A stretch of 64,000 nt of DNA from NCBI GenBank assembly GCA_951406725.2, contig OX597832.1:20646001-20710000 (forward strand), given 5' to 3'. Positions 1 through 13,798 of this stretch are shown here, piece after piece (positions within the stretch are counted from its first letter, which is position 1; the number at the start of each line of letters is the position of its first letter). The DNA comes from Octopus vulgaris (taxonomy: Eukaryota). Position numbers and translations under genes: made by a program. The notes beneath the pieces were generated by a model. It was given only the letters and a program-made list of their open reading frames with translations. It had not been told where the DNA came from and made no database searches.

Positions 1-237
1 TAGAACAAATAGCAACTTGTGGATTTATAAGATACAGTAGGTATAATACACATACAGAAAAGTCAAATGCATATATTTGTGATGATATATTTGGAAATAT
101 TGTTACTTAGAAAATACTTCACAACTGATGAAGCCTCAACACGAAATGATAAACACGTACTTATAAGTATACGTACGTATATATAAATACATACACACAT
201 ACATATATAGATATATATATATATTTACATATGTACA

Positions 238-294
<57 letters not shown>

Positions 295-311
295 GTATAT
301 ATATGTATATA

Positions 312-525
312 TACTCTTTTACTTGGTTCTGTAATTTGATTGTGGCCATGCTGGAGCACCGCCTTTAGTCGGTCGAGCAAATCGACCCCCCAGGACTTAT
401 TCTTTGTAAGCCTAGCACTTATTCTATCGATATCTTTTGCCGAACCGCTAGGCTACGGTGACGTAAACACACCAGCATCGGTTGTCAAGCGATGCTGGAG
501 GACAAACACAGGCACACAAACATAT
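312..525 (-). mobile_element. SINE type A, 3' half
   Basis: GGCCATGCTGGAGCACCGCCTTTAGTC...GACGTAAACACACCAGCATCGGTTGTCAAGCG; runs into (TACA)n. Confidence 0.85.
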
Positions 526-564
526 ACATATACACATACATACATACATACATACATACATACA

Positions 565-597
<33 letters not shown>

Positions 598-614
598 GTA
601 TATATGTATAGATT

Positions 615-650
<36 letters not shown>

Positions 651-659
651 TAGATAGAT

Positions 660-719
<60 letters not shown>

Positions 720-921
720 ACAAAGGGTACGTACGTCGCGATATATATATGTAAGAAATACAAATGGGACAAGAACGCAAAACATCCAAATAGACGATAC
801 AAAATATAAGAACGGGTCATTCGAAGCTTCTAATCTTCAGTCAAGAACCGGATCATCCTCGCAATTTCGACACTTATATATACATGCATACATACACACA
901 TATATATAGGTGTATGTATAC

Positions 922-987
<66 letters not shown>

Positions 988-989
<2 letters not shown>

Positions 990-1290
990 ACCCTTTTGTT
1001 CATGAATGACTAGAAAGTTTCCCTATAAGGCACACATCCAAGCAAGTTTGTTTATAGAAGACCAGTAGTCACCCATGCATAACATCTTCCCTTCTCAGCG
1101 CTGCTGATATTATCCAAGGGATATCGTCAATCCAGCTTGGTACCAGTGACGTCACAACTCATTTCTACAGCTGAGTGGGCTGGAGCAATGTGAAATAAAG
1201 TGTCTTGCTCAAGAACACAATATGCAGCCCGGTCCAGGAATCGAACTCGTCATTGTGAGCCCGACGCTCTAACCACTGAGCTATGTCCTC
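988..1290 (-). mobile_element. tRNA-derived SINE type D
   Basis: Minus strand TAGCTCAGTGGTTAGAGCGTCGG...AGTTCGATTCC...GTTCTTGAGCAAGACACTTTATTTCAC...CAGCTGTAGAAATGAG. Confidence 0.8.
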
Positions 1291-3906
1291 ATAGGCAAAT
1301 CCACGTGCGCGCACACATCTTTATGCACATTTTACATCCTGTTTTTCTGGTGCATTCAACCGTCGAAAATTTAAATTTCAAGGATAGAAATATAAGACAT
1401 TTTTTATATAATTTTCCATCTCGTCACTTCAATTGCTTCTTCAAGCGATGCCTGTTCCTTTATCTGCTGTCGCTGTTTTGCATGTAGATAAAGTAGGTAT
1501 TTAGGGGATTACGAATACAAGTGACGCTTACAATGCTTGAGGCAAAATGAAACCATCCAAAGTTCGTCCCCAAATCTTCTATCCGATCGAATTAATTCTT
1601 CTATCACGGATTTTCCATGCAATCGGTCGAAGATTCTCATCAAATAGTAATGTCTCCATCGTACCAACATTTCCATGTCTTATTCTCTGAAGTTATAACC
1701 AGGAGCTTCGAACTTTTCTCTGATTCATTACTCGGAGTGTCATTTATAGCGAGATACAGCGATCTCGAAAGCCCAGATGTCCCAGGGTCACTTGCGTGAA
1801 TGAATCGAGTATGTACGATTATATATTCATCGTAAAAGGGAAGTTATTTTCTTGTGACAAAGCACAAGAGTGATTTTCATATTCACGTCCCAATCTGTTT
1901 GAACGTATTGAGAATGAAATTTGCAACTCAACTTTGTTTCCCTTGCATTTTAAACACTACCTGAATTTGTTTTAGTCAAAATATTACTAGTTAAGTTTTC
2001 AGCTCTCTGTATAACATATACGAGGCCCGATCACTTGTGTTAGAATTGTCATATAAATCTCCCTCAAAATTCATACCGAGACACTAAAACAATGAGACAT
2101 GTTGTCTAAGATGCGCTGAATGATAATATCCGTCGAAACTAAGACAACATAGTGATAGAGAGAACACTTTTTTTTTATATATATAAATAAATTCATTCAA
2201 TCTGATACGCACTGGGATATCGTTGAAAATAATGATCACTGTAGAGCAAGACATTGACAACAACAGCAACGACAAAAGGTTTATGGTGCAAAATGTTGAG
2301 ACTTGATACTAAATTATATTAAAGCATTTAGTTCGACGCTTTATCGGACCCATTTCATTTATTTCCGTTATGGACAAAACAAATATAGTTAATATAAATC
2401 AATGAAAGGGTGTTTATGTGGTTCTTGGACATGCTAGATATAAGAACCAAATCTCCTTAAAAGCATAGCATTTTCTGCTAAATAAAATGTCACAAATGAT
2501 GGGGTAGTTTTGCATATACTTCGAAAGATGACATGATATTATCTGAAATATCCTTGATCAGATGCCTACGCCGGCCGGACCCCGGTTGCCTGCGGTTAAG
2601 CAGCAATTGCAACAATAACTATCGATGATCACATAAGATAATATAATCCAAGATACACCGTTCCATAAAAGTAAATTAGGATGGTCATACATTGAATAAT
2701 AACAACAGCAGAAGAAGAAACAACGACAGCAACAACAATAACAACAACAAGAGCAGCTACAAGAACAAGAGGAACGACAACGCAACACTAACTGTGACAA
2801 CATCAACAACAACAGCAACAATAATTGCAGAATATTTCAGAGAATGTATCCCATGGTAAACTTCTCTTGAAAAAACAAGACATGACGGTTATAGTAACGA
2901 ATATGATTTGACTATAAGCCTAATTGATCGGGGCTGGCCTGGGGCTAAACGAAAAAAAAAAAAGAACACTAAAAACAATGACTTCAACAACAACGGCAAG
3001 AATAATATATTTCATATAATAACCAAACAAAGCCTTGTTAAATAAAATATATCTTAATCATATCAAGTGATCTGGCGTCGTAAATACTGCGAGTACATTT
3101 TGAATGCGTGTTCCAACATGTGTACATATGTACTAACTTCGGCGATACATTGGTATATAAACATACAATTACAAGCAGAGTAAGAAAATAGAGACACGGT
3201 AGATAAATAGATGTGATTGTCACAGCGGTGCAGTTCGTTCCTGTACGCAGAGAAAAGCATGCTTTGAATAATAGCAAATTATATTCTTCTATCATCTGCA
3301 GAACAAACAAAACAAGACATTTTCATATTTTATCCATACACGATTTTGATATTTCCATTGGCTTCGTTAGAACATCTCGGTACAATGTGAGTTAAGCACG
3401 TATATTAAACTATTAGGCCGGGAAGAACACACGAGCAGTTGTTGATATACATTTAATTATGCGTATAATCAAACATATACTCAGAGGCATGCATACATAT
3501 ATGTGTATACATACACACAATCAAAAACAAGCACGTGCGCACACACAGATATATACACATACACATACACACATACATTTCACAAACGATTGTATGTTGT
3601 TGGACCGTTGCGTGCAGATATTAGGACGTTACGTATGTGTATGTATGTAGAATTGAACACATCTATATAAGCTTATGTACAAAACTGTGTATATATACTG
3701 TATATATATATATATGTAATATGTATACATATATATATATTGCATGTATGGTATACATACATATATTTCATTTATATACACGTGTGTGTCTAGACATATA
3801 TAATATTATACGTGTTTGTACCTGCAAGTATATACGCCGACATGGGTGTGTACGTGTGTCTGCATGAGTTCTGTATCTACGTATGTGTGTGTTTCGTTGT
3901 ATGTGG

Positions 3907-3951
<45 letters not shown>

Positions 3952-4124
3952 TAAATGTATGTATGAGTCTGTGAATAGTCAGTGTCCCCGAAAGAGCAGA
4001 TGAGTATTTTTCATCAGATCCTTCCATCAATATTGTGAATGTTATTGAAATGCTGCTACAATGTTTACCAATTCCATGTAATTATACCCGGGTGCACACA
4101 CATACATATGTGCATATACACATA

Positions 4125-4198
<74 letters not shown>

Positions 4199-4332
4199 CA
4201 ACTGTATATACATATACGAGTGAGTGAACAAACGAAAGAAGGGCGCTCTAAAACATTTATTTATTTATTGGGAGTTACATGTATGGATCATCACGCTTGG
4301 AACTCGGTGTACCAACGAATTTGAAACAAAAT

Positions 4333-4372
<40 letters not shown>

Positions 4373-4402
4373 TCTCCTCTTTTCTCTGCTTGTTTTTTCT
4401 GT

Positions 4403-4444
4403 GTCCCTTTCTGTAGAAGAACGTAGGCTCGAAACGTAAAAGAC
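4403..4444 (+). ncRNA. Degenerate hammerhead-like motif in a TA-flanked short element (about 4371-4533)
   Basis: GUCccUUU-CUGUAGA-A-GAAC-guag-GCUC-GAAA-CG-UA-AAAGAC. A6 is replaced by U and stem II has one mismatch; stem I GUC..UUU/AAAGAC is retained. Confidence 0.45.
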
Positions 4445-4547
4445 TTTCTCATTTTCCCGAGCGTCAAACTAATACATCTGTTTGTTTTGTACACCACTTG
4501 TCTTCGTATTTTTATTTTTTCGTAAACTCTCCCTATATATATAGATA

Positions 4548-5592
4548 CAGAGTGCGATGGGTAAATTAGCGCCGTTTTAGTTTTTTTTTAACTTCACGCA
4601 TACGCATTGTTTGTTTTTGAATTTGTTGACTACACTGTATAGTAGGGTTATGTGGGCACCGTCTGTGGGAAATACAGCACCATGACGCGAGTAACTCTGT
4701 CAGAAATTTGGAAACGACATGCTGTGCTGCTTGGTATTCGCTATGGAACTCTAATACGAACTTCTCAGAGTGTCTGGTTGTCAATCTGAGAACATTGTAG
4801 CGGATTCGGAAAAATTTTTTAAGTTTAATGGTGATCACGAAGGTATGGTAGCTAGAAAAATCACTCTGATCGTTCTGATAAGAAAAGAACTCCTGGAATA
4901 CTTGGTGAGGTTCAAGACATGATTGACAACCGAAGATATTTGGTATTTCTCATACAATATGGGAAAGAGCCAAGTTTTATCGCAAACCATCAATGACAAG
5001 AGGAAATCCCCGCTACGTAACTTTTTAACAAACTCAAGCATCCCTTCCAACCGGTCATGATTTGGATTTTCTCAGACGAGAAATAATTCTGCCGGGATCA
5101 GATGCTGAACACACAGAACAACAGTTGGCTTGCTGTGTCCTCAACATATGTACCGAGAGTGGTAAAAGTCTAACATCCTGTCAACATCATAGTGTTTGGA
5201 GTGATCACTAGTGAAGGCGACGTTATGACTTCCCACATGGCCTCAGACTCAACACGGAGGCCGACATCAACTGCTTGGAGAAGGTAGTGCTGCCCTGGGT
5301 CAAGACGGTGGCTTCTGGAAGACCCTATGCTGACAACAGGACTCTGCACCATGCTACACAAGGAAGATAAACTAATCGTGGCTGTCAGACAATTTCTGCG
5401 ACCACATCACGCCTAACATCTCCGATCACATCAACCCGAACATCTGGCCGCCTAACACCCACCCACCCGACTGCAACCCCCTTGATCATTATTTGTGGGG
5501 CGCAGTTGAGCGAAGGACTTGTAACACCAAAGATGAACCGAAGGCAAGGATTATGGCAGCATTCACCAACTTAAACAAGGAGACCGTCCGGA
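4548..5592 (+). mobile_element. Decayed Tc1/mariner-superfamily transposon, DD37D (maT) type
   Basis: Begins TA|CAGAGTGCGATGGGTAAATT. Disrupted translation gives IWIFSDEK (5060-5083), VVLPWVKTVASGRPY-QQDSAPCYT (5284-5360) and WPPN..PDCNPLDHYLWGAVER (5445-5513). After removing small duplications, 37 residues separate the second and third Asp. Stops and frameshifts present; right end missing. Confidence 0.88.
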
Positions 5593-5799
5593 CGATCTTT
5601 ATACTTGCTCAGTTTTTGTTAGGTCTTGACAGATGCATTTATATCGATTGGGACATTCATATCAATGGGGTGATATGGTTTTTGTCTGAAGTCATTCAAT
5701 ATGATGTCTGGCCTATTTGCATCTATCTTACTGTCAGTTTGAATTCTGAAGTTCCAGAGGAATGAAATGTGGTAACTTTCAAGCACTGGAGGTGGTTTT
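5593..5799 (-). mobile_element. Fragment of an R4/Dong-like non-LTR retrotransposon (restriction-like endonuclease domain)
   Basis: Translation FLWNFRIQTDSKIDANRPDIILNDFRQKPYHPIDMNVPIDINASVKT*QKLSKYKD matches the LWDxxIQTD...NRPDI...ID.xVP...K.xKY motif of RLE-type LINEs. Abuts a (TAA)n tract. Confidence 0.8.
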
Positions 5800-5809
5800 G
5801 TTGTTGTTG

Positions 5810-5824
5810 TTATTATTATTATTA

Positions 5825-5897
<73 letters not shown>
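5810..5897. repeat. (TTA)n tract
   Basis: Nearly pure TTA run. Confidence 0.97.
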
Positions 5898-5899
<2 letters not shown>

Positions 5900-6347
5900 C
5901 ATCCTCTATCTTTTCTGTCTTACTATATTATCTTTCGGCCCTTCATTGTTTCAATCATTGGACTGCAGCCAAGGTGATGCAATGCATTAAAGAGTTGTTA
6001 GTCAAAGAAATTGGCCACAGTATTGATATCTAATTAATTTTATATCACTTTAAATACATTGACCTCAGGAGTGTCATACACGTCACACATAACTCTATAA
6101 TTTCCTCATCTGAGCAAACACAAAGAAGAACTCGCCGTATCTTTCTTACCCTTAATCACACGAATAGAAAATAAAAAACTCAACGAATTTTTTTAAAAAT
6201 TCAATTTCCATTTTCGATTTCAGCATTATTTATCAAATTTTATTTTCGAATCATTTCACTCTCTATATTCAATCTTTCTGAACTTGGGGCTAGAGCAAAA
6301 TCTTGTTTTCTCCATTTTTACTATAACTATCATCATCCTCATCATCA

Positions 6348-6405
<58 letters not shown>

Positions 6406-6523
6406 TAGCATCCTCATCATCACCATTATAATCATCATTGTCGTCGTCATCACTACCATCATCATCATCATCATCATCATCATCACCATCATCATCATCA
6501 TAATCATCATCATAATCATCATC

Positions 6524-6568
<45 letters not shown>

Positions 6569-7377
6569 CATTATTATTATTATTCATTTTCATGATTGTT
6601 TTTTTTTTCGAGCTTCGTTGCGGTTTTAATATTACATAGAATTATTTCTAGCTATTTGCCAAAATAGATCTGCCAGTTCCATATGTCTTGCTTACAGTCT
6701 AGTCTTCGTTAAGTTGCCTTAGAAAATGTTAATTAAAAGCAAATTACCAAAACTGGATACTTATAACAATAAAGAAAAAGATAATAGTAACAAAAACAGG
6801 GAAAAAAAGACACTGACAATAATAAAATGTTTACATCTATATATTTATATATTCGTACACATATATACATACAAATATATATACACACACATCTATATGT
6901 ATATATATATATGTATATAAATATGCATATTTTGTATAGAAAGTCACGTATGGGAATATATATGCACAAAGAGAGAGGAAGCGAGAGAGAGAGAGAGAAT
7001 ATGATAGATAGGTAGATAGATAGATAACTATAATATTTAATATAATTGGATGTTTATGTAAATACATGCATGTATATATATATGTGAGTGTGTGTGTATA
7101 AATATATATGCGTATATATGTATGTATCTATACATATATATATTTACTATATATATATTACATATATTACGTATATTTGTAAATACATATATATACATAG
7201 AAATATATGTATATATACATATATACATAGACAAAATGCATATACGTGTATGTGTTTGATAGAGAGAGAGAGAGGTGTATGTACAATTATATCCAAAAAA
7301 CATGTATACGTCAATAGAGAATTAATCAGATATATCGTACAAAAAGAACTTAATATTCAACCCTATTAGTACTGCAA

Positions 7378-7528
7378 GCCTTTCCCTTGGATAACAGTGG
7401 TGGCATGGAGAGGGGAGGCCGGTACGCATGTGTGATTACTGGTCTTCCATAAACAACCTTGCTCGGACCTCTGCCTGGGAGGGTAACTTTCTAGGTAAAA
7501 TCTCATAGTCAGTCATGACTGAAGGGGA
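7378..7528 (+). mobile_element. SINE type D 3' fragment
   Basis: CCCTTGGATAAC...CTGGTCTTCCATAAACAACCTTGC...AACTTTCTAGGT, shared with 988-1120 (-) and 63770-63860. Confidence 0.7.
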
Positions 7529-7808
7529 TGTAAACAGTACTGCAAGTGTATCTCAGACTAAGCATGTGTGCGGAACTGAGTATAAAGCGAAATATTATTC
7601 AAAATTTCCTTTTAAGGCTTTCCGAATGAATGTCTGCGAAATTCAATTTTGGGGGAACGACTAACTGATCATGTGACCATTCTGGTCTCGAAGAATTTAT
7701 TTATGAATTCCCTCCGAAAAAATTGTCTGGTGTTCTTCAATTGTACGATATCTGAGCGATGTCCTTCACGTTGCAGTGGCGTACATACATACATAGATTC
7801 ATAGATAC

Positions 7809-7863
<55 letters not shown>

Positions 7864-7892
7864 CATACATATACATACATATATATATATAC

Positions 7893-7968
<76 letters not shown>

Positions 7969-9129
7969 GATTCACTCTCTCGTCGGTAGACGTCGTATAA
8001 GGGTTCGACTATCTCTAAACGAAGAACCACAGAAAGGATTTGCTTATAGTTATCAAATGTATCTGTAGACATAAGCTCACTCCCTCCATCAGATCGACAT
8101 TACCTGTACAGGTGCAACCGGATGCCACATATCAGATATCGAAAGGATCGTGAAATGAAGTGGTTTGCTCAAGAACACAGCAAAATGCCCTTACTAGAAT
8201 CGAACCCACGCGCAATCGTGAGTGAAAGACACTAACACTTAAGCCATGCATACATACATATTTATACCCACCCACCCATATATACACAGGCATATTTACA
8301 CACAGATACACACATATGTGCGTATATATGCAGATAGATAGATATATACGTGGACACAAATATATTTATAACCAAGCTCCATAGATGTATGATAGTATAA
8401 TACTCTGGAATCTCAACAATTATTTATCAAATGATATTTAAATATCACCTCTTACGCCTACTTTTTTAAAGTGGAATGACTAATCTCTACCCTAGAACGC
8501 TTTTATTCCGTATTCATTTCTTGAGATAGTACTTTGTAATCCGCCTGATAACATTTTAATTGTTTTGATAAAAATAATTTTCCGTTATTACGTCGCGAGC
8601 TATTCATGATATTTTCGCGAATTGCAGTTTATCCACAATCAATATATGTTGATAATTCGTGGAAACAACACGAGAATGTGCGCCATGTTGCTCGAATCCA
8701 TAGAAGTATCAGAGTTAAACTATACACCAATATCTTAGATACGTGATAACAAAACCTAATGTACAAAGTCAAACATATCCACTGTGTTAAAATACAAATA
8801 AAACATCTTTTGCACGACAGCAATATAAAAAGTCGCCGTGTACACTACGTCAGGGGCTGTGATCATGAATCTACTTCTATATGTTTGACCTGTGGCTATA
8901 GGAAAAAAAACAACAACAAAACGACAAACATTTTATCTGGAGAAGGAAATCCCTCTGTTTCACTCTTTCATTAATGTCGTGCAATTCATTAATTCCATTG
9001 CAATTAGTGTCTCTTCATATTCCATACGGGCAATTACCTTATCTTCCCCTTCTTTTGGAAACAACACTCTTCATCTCTTTCTCTCACTCTCTCTCCATCC
9101 CTCTCTCTCTCTCTCTCTGTTTCTCTCCG

Positions 9130-9182
<53 letters not shown>

Positions 9183-9196
9183 TTTTTTTTTTTTTT

Positions 9197-9242
<46 letters not shown>

Positions 9243-9249
9243 TATTCTT

Positions 9250-9430
9250 TTATCATTTTACTTGTTTCAGTCATTTTGACCACGGCCAAGATGGAGCACC
9301 ACCTTAAGTCGAACAAATCGTGTATTCCTTGTAATGCTAGTACTTATTCTATTGGCATCTTTTGCTCGGTTGTCAAGTGATGGTGTCAGGACAAACACAG
9401 ACACACAAATACACACACAGACACACAGAC
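9250..9430 (-). mobile_element. SINE type A, deleted 3' half
   Basis: TTACTTGTTTCAGTCATTT...GGAGCACC...TCGGTTGTCAAG...GGACAAACACAGAC. Confidence 0.75.
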
Positions 9431-9740
9431 ACATATCTCTCTAATTATCTATCTAGCTATATATATATATATATATATATATATACTTTATAATTAGGGT
9501 TCAGCAAAGATTTGCTTTGCCACATACCAAAGTATCGAAATAGCAGCCCAAAAAACCTTATCTATTTCTCCTACTTTAAAAGGGGGACTCCCAGAAAACC
9601 AAAATACTTGGAAACAATCCACGCAGGCCGAGAGGAAAAATAACGAAAATCAATCTATATCTGGTCACCCATGTACGCATTTCGGAATTAGATCGGTATA
9701 AAGAATATAGAATTATACTTTACCCATATATATATATATA

Positions 9741-10070
9741 TCTTGGGCAAGTGTCTTCTGCTATAGCCCCGGGCCGACCAATGCCTTGTGAGTGGATTTG
9801 GTAGACGGAAACTGAAAGAAGCCTGTCGTATATATGTATATATATGTATATATGTGTGTGTGTGAGTTTGTGTATCTGTGTTTGTCCCCCTTGCATTGCT
9901 TGACAACCGATGCTGGTGTGTTTACGTCCCCGTCACCTAGCGATTCGGCAAAAGAGACCGATAGAATAAGTACTGGGCTTACAAAGAATAAGTCCCGGGG
10001 TCGATTTGTGCGACTAAAGGCGGTGCTCCAGCATGGCCGCAGTCAAATGACTGAAACAAGTAAAAGAAAA
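9741..10070 (+). mobile_element. SINE type A, head-truncated
   Basis: CTTGGGCAAGTGTCTTC...GGATTTGGTAGACGGAAACTGAAAGAAGCC...CAGTCAAATGACTGAAACAAGTAAAAG. Confidence 0.9.
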
Positions 10071-10081
10071 AAAAAGAAAAA

Positions 10082-10133
<52 letters not shown>

Positions 10134-10422
10134 AAACACACATACATATTCCTCTCTTTCGCTACCACATCATCTCATTCTCTAGTTTTCATGGACCTCC
10201 GTCTTTCCTTAACTAATTTCCTCAATGATCCTCTACTGATTCGTTTCCAATTCACTTTCCAACTCTTTTGTCTACTTATCAATTTTGCATATTTACTCTT
10301 CATTCATTTTTAGTTTTGAATTCCTAATTCTTTAAGTAATAAATTCGTTCATATTTTCCAACATCAACCCGTTTTTGCTTTCTTCCTTTTTTTCACCTCT
10401 TATCTTTCTTATATTTCTGCTC

Positions 10423-10594
10423 TGATGCTGGTGAGTTTAGGTCCCCGTAAATTAGCGGTTCGGTAAGTGAGATCCGATAGAATAAGTACTAGGCTTGGAA
10501 ACAATAAGCTCTGGGGGGTCGATATGTTCGACCAAAGGTGGTGCTCCAGCATGGCCGCAGTCAAATGACTGAAACAAGTAAAAGTGTAAAAGAG
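10423..10594 (+). mobile_element. SINE type A, 3' fragment
   Basis: GATGCTGGTG...GATAGAATAAGTACTAGGC...CAGCATGGCCGCAGTCAAATGACTGAAAC. Confidence 0.8.
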
Positions 10595-10634
10595 TCTTTG
10601 AACGTTCGTATGTACGTATTCATACGGGGAGAGC

Positions 10635-10684
<50 letters not shown>

Positions 10685-11039
10685 AAATAAAAGAGAAATA
10701 GTTCACCATGTGTACACATGTGCCCGTGTTTGGATGTTTGTAAAGCATGTGATGTAGTTTTTCTAAATCTTTTCTTACCTCTCGTCTTAATTTATTTACA
10801 AAACAAAAAAGCACATACGAGTGTAAATAAAAATTAAACGTATTGTAACGGCCATTTTAGACAATCAACACTCTTAGTGTTCATAAACTAAATCAAAAAC
10901 ACATACGGACAATGTACACATGCGTGTGCGTGTGTGTATGTGTGTGAGTGTGTGTGTGCGTGTGCGTGTGTGTGTGCGCACTGAGTTGTGTGGCTGTACA
11001 TACATGCACAAAAAAACCTGCACATTCACAGACACACGC

Positions 11040-11178
<139 letters not shown>

Positions 11179-11840
11179 AATAGATAGGTAGATACATACA
11201 TAGATATATATAGATACAAATATACATATATATATATACATACGTACATACATCCATATATATATACATATTCATATATATATATATACATAAATATATA
11301 AATAGATGTACATATGTATATATATATACAAATATATATATATATATTGTGTGTGTATTCTGACAGTGCGTGTGTGCGTGCGTGTGTATGTGTGTGTGTT
11401 TGTGTGTGTGTATGTGTGTGTGTGTGTGTGTGTAGGTAACATTTCCCATTCTGAACACATCGGCGACCTATGTGTCTAAGCGAGGAAAGAACTATAAGAA
11501 CCTCATTAAAAAAATGTCTTTGAAGTTATCACTTCGATCTTAGCAAAAGATATTGAATAGCTGATCGAGAAGCCCCACTCCATGGTTTGATCTGGGTACA
11601 TTATATTTTCTCTTGTGGGTTTCTCATGAAATCTCTGATGATTGGCGTGAGGTGCCGAACTTTGACATTTTGATAACAAAAACAAGCAAGCGTGATGCTG
11701 GATGCTGTGAACTTTTCCCTTCAAGGCTAATGTACACAAAACAAATACACAGAGACACCGACTCTCACGTAGTAGTGGCGCAAACCCGAAACACTCACAC
11801 ATTTAGTGATACAGGCGCACGCGCTATATATATATACTAT

Positions 11841-11880
<40 letters not shown>

Positions 11881-11966
11881 CTATATACACATATATACAT
11901 ATATATACATATGGGTATACATGTATATAAATGTACATATGTATATATCTGTGTATATATATGTAG

Positions 11967-12010
<44 letters not shown>

Positions 12011-12699
12011 ATATTCACACACATATATATGTATATATGTATGAAGATATATATATAGGCGTATATATACACACACATATATGTATATGTATAGACAAAT
12101 ATATATACATGTATGTATATATGTATGTAAATAAAAAACAGTATATGTATGCATTCATGTATGCATGTGTATATGTGTGTATATATGTCTATTTATATAT
12201 ATTTTTTAAGAATATATACAAGACATACATACCTACATACATAAATACATATGTACATCCATCCATACATATATGCATACATGAATACATACGTAACTAC
12301 ATACATACATACACACATACATACATACATACACACGTGCATACATACATACATACATTCATACATACATACATACATACATACATACATACATACATGC
12401 ATATATACATACATACATACAAATGTGCATACATACATATGCACATATTTAGCTATGTATCCAAAACGTACTTGAAATAGCAGCATAGACAAAATACTGC
12501 AAATAGAGACAGTGAACCGAATTCCCTCACGCAGTCTCTGTTGAACTTCCATACATATATAATGCATATTGTAACTTAGACTATAGAAGATGGAGTAAGG
12601 GAATGTGATGGCGGTTAGAATAAATATGACCTATTCAGAACAATAGTCTGTTTAAAGCCAAAGTATCACAGAATATACGAATGACCGTTAGCGTATACA

Positions 12700-12740
<41 letters not shown>

Positions 12741-12788
12741 ATTTGTAAATATGTATGTGTGTATCTATATTTGTATGTATGTATGAAA

Positions 12789-12835
<47 letters not shown>

Positions 12836-12909
12836 TATATGTATATGTATACATATACATGTATGCATACATATATGTATATATGTATGTGTATGAATAC
12901 ATATATATT

Positions 12910-13115
12910 CTTTTAGTCTTTTATTCATCTACTCGTTTCTGTCATTTGAGTGCGATCATGCTGGAGCACCTGCTTTAGTGCAACTTATTCTTTTGTACGC
13001 CTACTACTTATTCTATCGTGCCCTTTTGCCGAATCGCTAAGTTACTCGGATGTAAGCACACCAGCATCGGTTGTCAAGCGATGGTGGTTGTGCGAGGGAA
13101 ACATAAACATACAAA
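12910..13115 (-). mobile_element. SINE type A, 3' fragment
   Basis: CATGCTGGAGCACC...CACCAGCATCGGTTGTCAAGCGATG. Confidence 0.75.
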
Positions 13116-13351
13116 TGCATACACACACACACACATATATAAGTGTCTATGTGTGCATGTGTTTGTGCGTGTGTGTATGTGTGTGTGTGTGTGTGTCTTT
13201 GTATCTGTGTTTGTCCCCTCCACAACTACGACCACCAACTGACAGCCTGTGTTCGTGTTTTTAAGACCCTTGTAGCTTAGCGATACGATGATTTAGATGG
13301 CCGAAATTTCCAAGACACCGCCAATAACACATATATACCAATATACATACA

Positions 13352-13409
<58 letters not shown>

Positions 13410-13415
13410 GGTGGA

Positions 13416-13481
<66 letters not shown>

Positions 13482-13521
13482 TTTCATACGTATGCATTTT
13501 ATAACTATATGTTTATTCTTT

Positions 13522-13713
13522 TATTCTTTTATATGTTTCAGTCAATTTACTGCGGACTTGCTAGATCACCGCTTTTAGTCGAGCAAATCCACTCAGAAGG
13601 CTTTAATCGGCCCGAGGCTATAGTAGAAGACACTTGCCCAAGGTGCCACGCAGTGGGAATGAACCCAGAGCCATGTGGTTGGTATACAAGCTACTTATCA
13701 CACTGCCACTCCT
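13522..13713 (-). mobile_element. SINE type A with large internal deletion
   Basis: Tail TTTAGTCGAGCAAATC joined directly to AAATCCACTC of the 5' half through shared AAATC. Confidence 0.75.
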
Positions 13714-13749
13714 ACATCTGTATACAAGTATATATATATATGTATATAC

Positions 13750-13798
<49 letters not shown>

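Noticed and set aside
808-845. Minus-strand CUGAAGA...CGAAUGAC in the TA-flanked island 716-873
   Set aside because: GAAU instead of GAAA and no convincing stem I or II, so not called as a hammerhead, although the island may be a related remnant.
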